Positions 58,177-64,000 of a DNA stretch of 64,000 nt are shown piece after piece. The stretch is taken from the IMG/VR virus record IMGVR_UViG_3300036770_001537; one strand, given 5' to 3'. The number at the start of each line of letters is the position of its first letter. Position 1 is the stretch's first letter. A program made the position numbers and the translations under genes. A model generated the notes under the pieces. That model worked only from the letters and a program-made list of their open reading frames with translations. It was not told the DNA's origin and made no database searches. This DNA comes from a virus.

Positions 58177-58349
58177 GCCCTTTTTCTCTTTTTGACTCTC
58201 TTTTTATATTCAGGAAAACTCATCAGATATTGAAATTTGCTTGAAATATATTCTTCATACAACTTCTGATTATTTTTATAATGGTGAATGATAGATTTTG
58301 TTTTGGCTTTAGATACACTTTTGCTCGTAGTATTATCATAGCCACCCAT
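58173..58349 (-). CDS. Small basic hypothetical protein
   Basis: Likely start MGGYDN at 58349, just after the HAD gene stop. Confidence 0.45.
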   Translation of the reverse strand: MGGYDNTTSKSVSKAKTKSIIHHYKNNQKLYEEYISSKFQYLMSFPEYKKRVKKRKRA

Positions 58350-58350
58350 A

Positions 58351-58800
58351 TCAATATCCACCATCTTTAACTTGAAGACAACGAATGCCTTCCTCTCTCC
58401 ACATATCAACAACCATTCCACGATCATCTAATGCCATATATGGATCATAGCCGTCAAGGCGAATGTTTTTTAGAATCTCACGCTTGACGATATTATCATC
58501 CCGATAATCACCTTCTTCACGCATATATACCCTATCATAAACTCCTTCAAGACCAGCCTTTTCAATCAACCACTGTTCTGTTACTCCACGATATTCATCA
58601 GATCGTGCTGTAACAATGAGAATCGTATTACCTGCTTCCTTGAGAGTTTTTACCAACCAGATGATATCTTCATATGGAGTATCCATCAATGCTTCTGAAT
58701 AATATGCAGTCCAATTTTTTGGGCGAACGTAAAGATAATGTTCCCTGTGGTCGGAATCGGCAATGGTTCCGTCCATATCAACCAGAATCACTTTTGACAT
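58351..58800 (-). CDS. HAD-family phosphatase (PNKP 3'-phosphatase-like, stand-alone)
   Basis: DMDGT, VTAR, MR..GDYRDD..VK, DDR...VDMWR..GI..LQV. Confidence 0.85.
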   Translation of the reverse strand: MSKVILVDMDGTIADSDHREHYLYVRPKNWTAYYSEALMDTPYEDIIWLVKTLKEAGNTILIVTARSDEYRGVTEQWLIEKAGLEGVYDRVYMREEGDYRDDNIVKREILKNIRLDGYDPYMALDDRGMVVDMWREEGIRCLQVKDGGY

Positions 58801-58802
58801 GA

Positions 58803-59486
58803 TTAGCCTTTCTTTTGGTCCCTATGATAAGTTAGGATTTTATCAAAGAGAGTTTCAATGTAGTTCTCTTTACTTTCTATGAAGACTTGTGGCTTTGGTA
58901 GATCATCAGCCAGAATTATAATCACGATTTGGTCTATGACAATTTCTGTCCTTTCCTCATACATCAAAGCATATGCCGTTGCTTGTTCGAAGTAGTCCTG
59001 AATGTGTTCTTTTCTTTTCTCTTTCCTCGATGTCTTGAAATCAATGATTGAAAGAGTTCCGTCAAATTCAGCTATCACATCAGTTCTTCCAGCAAGCAAC
59101 ATCTTCTCGGAGTAAAGAGATGCTTCTATGTGGTGAATATTGTCTATTCTATCAACATCTGCTCGAATGTCAAGGAAATTCTGCTTGAGGTCCAGCATAA
59201 GATTTTCTGTTAGTGTTTTCACGGGAACATTTTCAAGATATTTTTCAAGCAGGTTATGAACTTTGGTTCCACGAGAAGATGCTTTAGCAGAAATTTTATT
59301 TGCTTCTTCATGTCCGACTCTATCACGCCATGCTTGAATTGCTTTCTTTTTGAAATGACCAAGCATGGTGGTGACAGATATTGCGTGAGTTCCGTTTGGT
59401 AGTATGTAAGTCCTTTTTCCGTCTTTTTCAAATTTGTCTAGTGTCACAAGTTCAGGGAGTCCTGATACATAACGAAATTGTTTCAT
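58803..59486 (-). CDS. PD-(D/E)XK exonuclease
   Basis: SVTT, RGTKVH, AGRTD..AEFDG.LSIIDFKTS, YFEQATAYA. Confidence 0.85.
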   Translation of the reverse strand: MKQFRYVSGLPELVTLDKFEKDGKRTYILPNGTHAISVTTMLGHFKKKAIQAWRDRVGHEEANKISAKASSRGTKVHNLLEKYLENVPVKTLTENLMLDLKQNFLDIRADVDRIDNIHHIEASLYSEKMLLAGRTDVIAEFDGTLSIIDFKTSRKEKRKEHIQDYFEQATAYALMYEERTEIVIDQIVIIILADDLPKPQVFIESKENYIETLFDKILTYHRDQKKG

Positions 59487-60091
59487 TTCTTTTTGATCCG
59501 TTTCTTAGGTCTTGCTGGTGGGGCCTTGGAATCTTCTTCTTTTGGCTTACCAAGAATCATCTTGGTCTTTATCGTGCCACCAATTTTTCTCTTATACTTA
59601 TTTCCACCAAGAACCTTTGTTTTTTTACCAGTTAGTTCAGTTGCACTTCTTGGAGAAATAACAGGTGCTTTGATTTTATTTTTGATGATATGCTGCATTG
59701 GACCAGAAAATTCTCCCCAAACATTACGAGCATCAGCCTGAGTTTTGAAATCCTCTTTCATGATATTGATGAAGTCTTTACTACCTTGTTCTGATTTGTT
59801 TGTTCCGGCAGCAACAATCTTACGACCTTTTGATGGTTTGTAAAGAACCACAGCAGAGATTTTTCCATCACGCCTTACTGCTTTGATGTGTGAATTGGAA
59901 ATGTCAGAATGAATGACTTTAGATTCTTCGTCGGAACCAGATTTCTGACCAGCATAACCACCAAGTTTAGAATATGAGTCACGAAGAATATCGTGAATAT
60001 CCTGCCTGTGAAGCTCACGATATCTTTCATGGTCTGGATTGAATCCTGGATTGAGGAATTTTTCTTCTAAGAATTGTAAAAAGGTTTCCAT
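59483..60091 (-). CDS. Putative internal head protein, possibly GNAT-like
   Basis: METFLQFLEE N-terminus; fold guess is weak. Confidence 0.5.
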   Translation of the reverse strand: METFLQFLEEKFLNPGFNPDHERYRELHRQDIHDILRDSYSKLGGYAGQKSGSDEESKVIHSDISNSHIKAVRRDGKISAVVLYKPSKGRKIVAAGTNKSEQGSKDFINIMKEDFKTQADARNVWGEFSGPMQHIIKNKIKAPVISPRSATELTGKKTKVLGGNKYKRKIGGTIKTKMILGKPKEEDSKAPPARPKKRIKKK

Positions 60092-60103
60092 TGTTGTTCC
60101 TTA

Positions 60104-61183
60104 TCAGGGATTTGTTTTTTGTTGTATGTTAGCAGCTACTCTTTTAAACCAAGAAGGTGAATCGCCATAGTTTGTGTATGTTGGTTTTCCTTCTCGTCGT
60201 CTTGCTCCCGCTCTTTTAGCCCATTCTTCATCTTCTCTGCCCATATGATCCGCAAGTCTGGCAGCCTTATATGCTTTTTGCTCACGTTCGCCAAATCCAT
60301 GATCAACAATAACAAGATGTTCTTCGCCAGTATCTGGGTCCGTCGAAACTCCCCAATTTCCAGGTTGCGAATAATCCATTGGAGGTGTGCCAGTTTCAAT
60401 CTGGTGCTGAAGAAGATTTTTGAAAAGTGGATGTGAAGTTATAGCATCCAGCTTTGCTTCATTTGCAGGACCAGTGTCGTGATATGCCCCTCTACTCTTA
60501 TGCCATTCTCTTTCTAGAGCACGAATCAAATGATGAAAAACTATTCCGTCTGGATGACTATCTGTTCTAGATATTTTAGTAAATTCTCTACCAGATTTTA
60601 TTCTACGAGCATAACCAGCTTCTGTCCATCTATGCTCCTTAACATCATGAGCATGTAGTTCTGGGAATATCCCATTTTTATTTCTTGTATATGTCCCATC
60701 GGGATTTCTAATATAGATACGCCATTTGTTATTTTTTTCATCTCCCGTTACAGGGTCTTTCATTCCGTTTTCGGCTTCATTTTGCATAACACCTAAAGGC
60801 GTTTTATTACCTAGGCTCTTATGTGCTTCATCAAGAGGTGCAGGTTGTGCAACTTTAAAAACGGTAGGGACTTCAGTTTCTTTTCCATCAAGAATTATGG
60901 TGTTGGTTTTATCTGGTTCTGTAATATTTTTAGTTCTATCTAAAGGTGCATCTGGAGAAGGTCTAGTGACCATTTGTGGCAACAATGCCAATCTTGATGA
61001 CCCTGATGCAACTTCTCCGAAACCAGGGTTTTCACCAAGACGCCTTGCAGCATCTCCCATAGCAGTAATCATCGGACCACTAAGTTTGTCATGATTATCC
61101 GCCTTTGTAATGGCATGTAGAATATCTGGATGAATTTTATGTTCTACTGCAAGTTCTTCTCTTATCTGCTTGAGAGTTTTCAT
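60104..61183 (-). CDS. Putative internal head protein with protein-kinase-like motifs
   Basis: MKTLKQIREE; GSSR, FKVA, QNEAE, D-x5-NWG, IVDHG. Confidence 0.55.
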   Translation of the reverse strand: MKTLKQIREELAVEHKIHPDILHAITKADNHDKLSGPMITAMGDAARRLGENPGFGEVASGSSRLALLPQMVTRPSPDAPLDRTKNITEPDKTNTIILDGKETEVPTVFKVAQPAPLDEAHKSLGNKTPLGVMQNEAENGMKDPVTGDEKNNKWRIYIRNPDGTYTRNKNGIFPELHAHDVKEHRWTEAGYARRIKSGREFTKISRTDSHPDGIVFHHLIRALEREWHKSRGAYHDTGPANEAKLDAITSHPLFKNLLQHQIETGTPPMDYSQPGNWGVSTDPDTGEEHLVIVDHGFGEREQKAYKAARLADHMGREDEEWAKRAGARRREGKPTYTNYGDSPSWFKRVAANIQQKTNP

Positions 61184-61893
61184 ATCCCCATCTCTGTTCT
61201 GGTGACTATATAATCTTTCACAAGCCCAGACCTAACAATATCTGGCTTGTCAAATTCAATATAATCAAATCTGTTCATTTGTTTAGTTATATTTATAAAC
61301 TTCATGAGTCCAGATTTATCTTTATCGTTAGACAAGTCGGTTTGTCTAAAGTCACCACAGAAAACAATCTTGGAATCGTCACCCATACGAGTCATGACAG
61401 TATCGAGTTCACCGAATGTCATATTCTGGAGTTCATCAACAATCACGATTGCGTTTTTGAATGTCACTCCGCGAAGATATGATGTTGTCGTGAATTGAAC
61501 TAGCCCTTTCATTTTTAGAATATCATATCCATCACCACGACCAAACAAATCATCACAGATTTCTTTGTATGGTTCTTCATATACCTTGATCTTCTCTTTG
61601 ATATTGCCGGGAAGGAAACCCATATCTCTTGATGGCACTACCGAACGAATGATAACAACCTTATCACATACAGAACGGCCTTTCAATACTTCTTCTAATG
61701 CTAGATAAAGAGAGATGAAAGATTTACCTGTTCCAGCGAATCCATGAAGTATCAAATTCTGCCCGTCACGATATGAATCAAATGTCTTTTGCTGGTTTGG
61801 TGTTAGTGGATAGATTGTTCTAAGTTCAAAGTGTGTTTTTGCTTGTTGAACTTTGCTTTGTAGTTGTTCTCTCTTTACTTTTCTTTTTGACAT
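61180..61893 (-). CDS. phoH: PhoH-family ATPase
   Basis: HGFAGTGKS, GFLPG, YLRGVTF, IVDELQN, CGDFRQTD, DIVRSGLV; start MSKRK with AAGGAG RBS. Confidence 0.93.
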   Translation of the reverse strand: MSKRKVKREQLQSKVQQAKTHFELRTIYPLTPNQQKTFDSYRDGQNLILHGFAGTGKSFISLYLALEEVLKGRSVCDKVVIIRSVVPSRDMGFLPGNIKEKIKVYEEPYKEICDDLFGRGDGYDILKMKGLVQFTTTSYLRGVTFKNAIVIVDELQNMTFGELDTVMTRMGDDSKIVFCGDFRQTDLSNDKDKSGLMKFINITKQMNRFDYIEFDKPDIVRSGLVKDYIVTRTEMGI

Positions 61894-61914
61894 AGTGTCT
61901 CCTTTATGTACGAC

Positions 61915-61943
61915 AAAGGGCCTACCTTTCGGCAAGCCCTTTG
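61915..61943 (-). terminator. Hairpin downstream of the HNH gene
   Basis: AAGGGCTTGCC-GAAA-GGTAGGCCCTT. Confidence 0.6.
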
Positions 61944-61980
61944 TTTTAACTTTGGATTGATAGTTAAATTTGTTACTCAA

Positions 61981-62505
61981 TTAAATTTCCGTTTTATTAT
62001 GCTTTTGCAGATGCTGGTTTAAATTACCTTTGCCTCTACACAATTTACCGCAGACATTACATTCATATTTAGGAACTTTGTATTGTGCAATTCTATCCAA
62101 ATCTTTTTCTTCGTCTGTTTTGATACGACCTTTATTCCAAGGAATCTGTCCTATGTGACTCGTCCTCATTTTCTCTTTAGATTCCTTTGTAAATTTATAA
62201 CCAGTTAGTGGATGTCCTTTTGTTTTAAATCTTTTCTTTTGACTGATACCTATAGTTTTTCTGGTTTCATCACTTATAATTCTATTTTTCATATAGAGTC
62301 TTTGTACTTCTTTTATGGCTTCGGCAGAACTAATTTGACCAGATAGCATTTGCCAAGCAATTTTATCTTGCCAGTGACCTAAGTCCTCCCATAATTGCTT
62401 ATGTAAAGCAGCATGTTCTTCTACAGTAACAGTGACGAGATTAGATGGGTCATCCGATCCACCCATATGTTTTGGTATGATATGGTGCTTGTGATAAATA
62501 GTCAT
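61981..62505 (-). mobile_element. Free-standing HNH homing endonuclease (NUMOD3 repeats, C-terminal C2H2 finger)
   Basis: HHIIPKHMGGSDDPSNLV...EEH...H, SDETRKTI, PWNKG, CNVC...H...H; start re-placed at MTIY. Confidence 0.88.
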
Positions 62506-62572
62506 GGCTGGTGCTCCTTTCAGCATTAGAGTGGTTGGATGCTGGTAACATCGCGAACCACAACTATTTATA
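62494..62572 (-). ncRNA. Putative structured cis-regulatory leader, copy B, with late promoter (62565-62572)
   Basis: Same architecture as 18610-18691; see findings. Confidence 0.6.
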
Positions 62573-62577
62573 ATATA

Positions 62578-62841
62578 TCAAATCTCTTTAGGTATAGTCC
62601 ATCTCTTATTACCAATTGCTGTAGCACCAGGAGTCTTTGCTTTTATCTTTCCCAAGACATATTTCTGAAAATCATTTGACGGCTTGGTAATGCCAATGTT
62701 GGTGGGATCAGCAATGCTAACTTTTGAATATACTCGTTCCATTGTGGTATTTGTCTTTTCAAACTCTACCATCTCTGAAATAGTCATAGATAGTTCTACG
62801 ACTTCACCTGTTTCAGTATTTTGATATGTATAGTTGGGCAT
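62578..62841 (-). CDS. FmdB-like small protein (Cys-less)
   Basis: MPNYTY.N.ETGE...MTISE pattern common upstream of phoH in T4-like phages. Confidence 0.6.
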   Translation of the reverse strand: MPNYTYQNTETGEVVELSMTISEMVEFEKTNTTMERVYSKVSIADPTNIGITKPSNDFQKYVLGKIKAKTPGATAIGNKRWTIPKEI

Positions 62842-62867
62842 TCAAATTCCTTTCATAATACTATTTA

Positions 62868-63425
62868 TCATTCTGTCATCCACAACGGTGCTTCACGGTT
62901 GGTCCATTTGTGAAGATGTGATTTACCATGCTTGTAATAATTGCGGTAGTTCACGACAGAATCTTCTGAGATTATATATGAATCATCCATAGCAGGTGGT
63001 GGTTGAGTGAAATTTGCGGGAGAGATATTGTTAGGAACATCTCGAAGAACACTAGCCATCGTTTCACACTTATGTTTCTTGCCGTAACGATAAGTGTATT
63101 CATCCAGTAGAGCAATGAAATGGTCATATAGCCAAACATAATTAGCAGTAGATTGACGACACCAAATAGCAGAAGGATGATTAACATGAGTTGCTGAATA
63201 TAGAGCACTCTCACGATCATCATCCAATACCCAACGCTTTACATTTCGGTGCCTAATTGGAAGAGAACCATTAACGACTTTCTTTTCTACAGTCAGTTTG
63301 CCGTCAAGCACACGATGAGCAGTTGATAGAAGTTGGGCACTCTCAAGAATCATTTTAACACAGTGACTATTAACGAGACATTGAGCAGCAATAGTCGGGT
63401 TTTTATCTACATAGAAGACGTTCAT
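62868..63425 (-). CDS. Pyrimidine-dimer glycosylase (DenV-like) family protein
   Basis: MNVFYVD, H.VKMILESAQLLSTAH, H.NHPSAIW, EYTYRYGKKH, YRNYY. Confidence 0.7.
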   Translation of the reverse strand: MNVFYVDKNPTIAAQCLVNSHCVKMILESAQLLSTAHRVLDGKLTVEKKVVNGSLPIRHRNVKRWVLDDDRESALYSATHVNHPSAIWCRQSTANYVWLYDHFIALLDEYTYRYGKKHKCETMASVLRDVPNNISPANFTQPPPAMDDSYIISEDSVVNYRNYYKHGKSHLHKWTNREAPLWMTE

Positions 63426-63457
63426 TCTTGTGTTTCCTTTTCCGAGAATATGCCTTC

Positions 63458-63709
63458 TTATTTTTTACGACCTTTGGTTTGAATGGAGTATCCTTCAGAA
63501 ACAGAATCGCGGCACTCCGGGTTTTCCTTGGCTTCTTCATTTTGTTGCCTCAACTTCTTTTCTCTCAATCGACATTCCTTGATAATAGCAGATCGTCTAT
63601 CATCTGTAAACCATTTCCAGTGTTGAATTTCATCAATCATACGAAAGCACCCGGAACAATAATCTGTTCCAGGTGCCACCTTACAAACTTTGATACATGG
63701 AGTAATCAT
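63458..63709 (-). CDS. DUF1289-like Cys-rich protein
   Basis: TPCIKVC......YCSGCFR..DEI..W. Confidence 0.75.
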   Translation of the reverse strand: MITPCIKVCKVAPGTDYCSGCFRMIDEIQHWKWFTDDRRSAIIKECRLREKKLRQQNEEAKENPECRDSVSEGYSIQTKGRKK

Positions 63710-64000
63710 CGGAGAAGATCACGAACGTCTTCAACTGCATCCCAATCAGATTCAACAGCATGAGCCTGCATAACAACTTCCGAAGAATCAGGCACTCCCA
63801 AAGAAGTCATATCCATAACGGGAGTATCATCTTCATCATCTTCTACCGAAGCAGCAACAGAAGCGGTAGCAGCAGTAACAACAGCAGCAACAACCTTCTT
63901 CACCTTGTCGGGTTTATCCCACTGATTAAGATCAACATCCGAATCCTTGGTCATTGTGTAAGAAACAATCTTACGCCCAACCTTAGTTGCCTCAATTTCA
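63706..64000 (-). CDS. Hypothetical protein (partial, start beyond the window end)
   Basis: The frame stays open upstream of the track start: EIEATKVGRKIVSYTMTK. Confidence 0.55.
   Translation of the reverse strand, partial: EIEATKVGRKIVSYTMTKDSDVDLNQWDKPDKVKKVVAAVVTAATASVAASVEDDEDDTPVMDMTSLGVPDSSEVVMQAHAVESDWDAVEDVRDLLR

Noticed and set aside
247-63763. Many short opposite-strand or alternate-frame ORFs in the track (e.g. 772-1194, 2656-3066, 29429-29944, 52924-53373)
   Set aside because: They are shadows of well-supported genes, without RBS or recognisable motifs.
1-64000. Stop-codon reassignment
   Set aside because: Core genes are full length under the standard code; the stops I checked are TAA or TGA, with no fragmentation.

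Overview
64 kb from an AT-rich T4-like (Tevenvirinae-superfamily, cyanophage/rhizobiophage-like gene order) myovirus. Most genes are on the minus strand. It holds the virion module: head gp23/22/21/20, tail gp19/18, terminase gp17/16, neck gp15/14/13, a fibre cluster, and baseplate VrlC-like/gp8/7/6/25/5/53/48. A plus-strand block carries gp4/2/54/26/51 and a 1242-aa multi-enzyme protein. Replication and accessory genes follow (gp32, gp59, gp33, phoH and others). T4 late promoters (TATAAATA) and GAAA-loop terminators recur. Main non-routine observations: (1) a circularly permuted, two-piece alphaproteobacterial-type tmRNA (tag ANDNAPFETRLAA) under a combined sigma70/late promoter, which points to an alphaproteobacterial host; (2) a conserved, covarying ~80-nt structured leader in front of two unrelated homing endonucleases (GIY-YIG and HNH), bracketed by an inverted repeat that pairs the late promoter with the first codons; (3) a class-3 LAGLIDADG intein starting with Gly in the terminase Walker A; (4) a set of proteins with T4 capsid-targeting-like N-termini, including a kinase-like protein, plus a degenerate ADP-ribosyltransferase in the head cluster; (5) a hub-region protein with up to five cell-envelope enzyme domains next to a split gp5 lacking lysozyme; (6) a probable ACG start for gp15. 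All calls come from motif recognition by eye; no searches were run.
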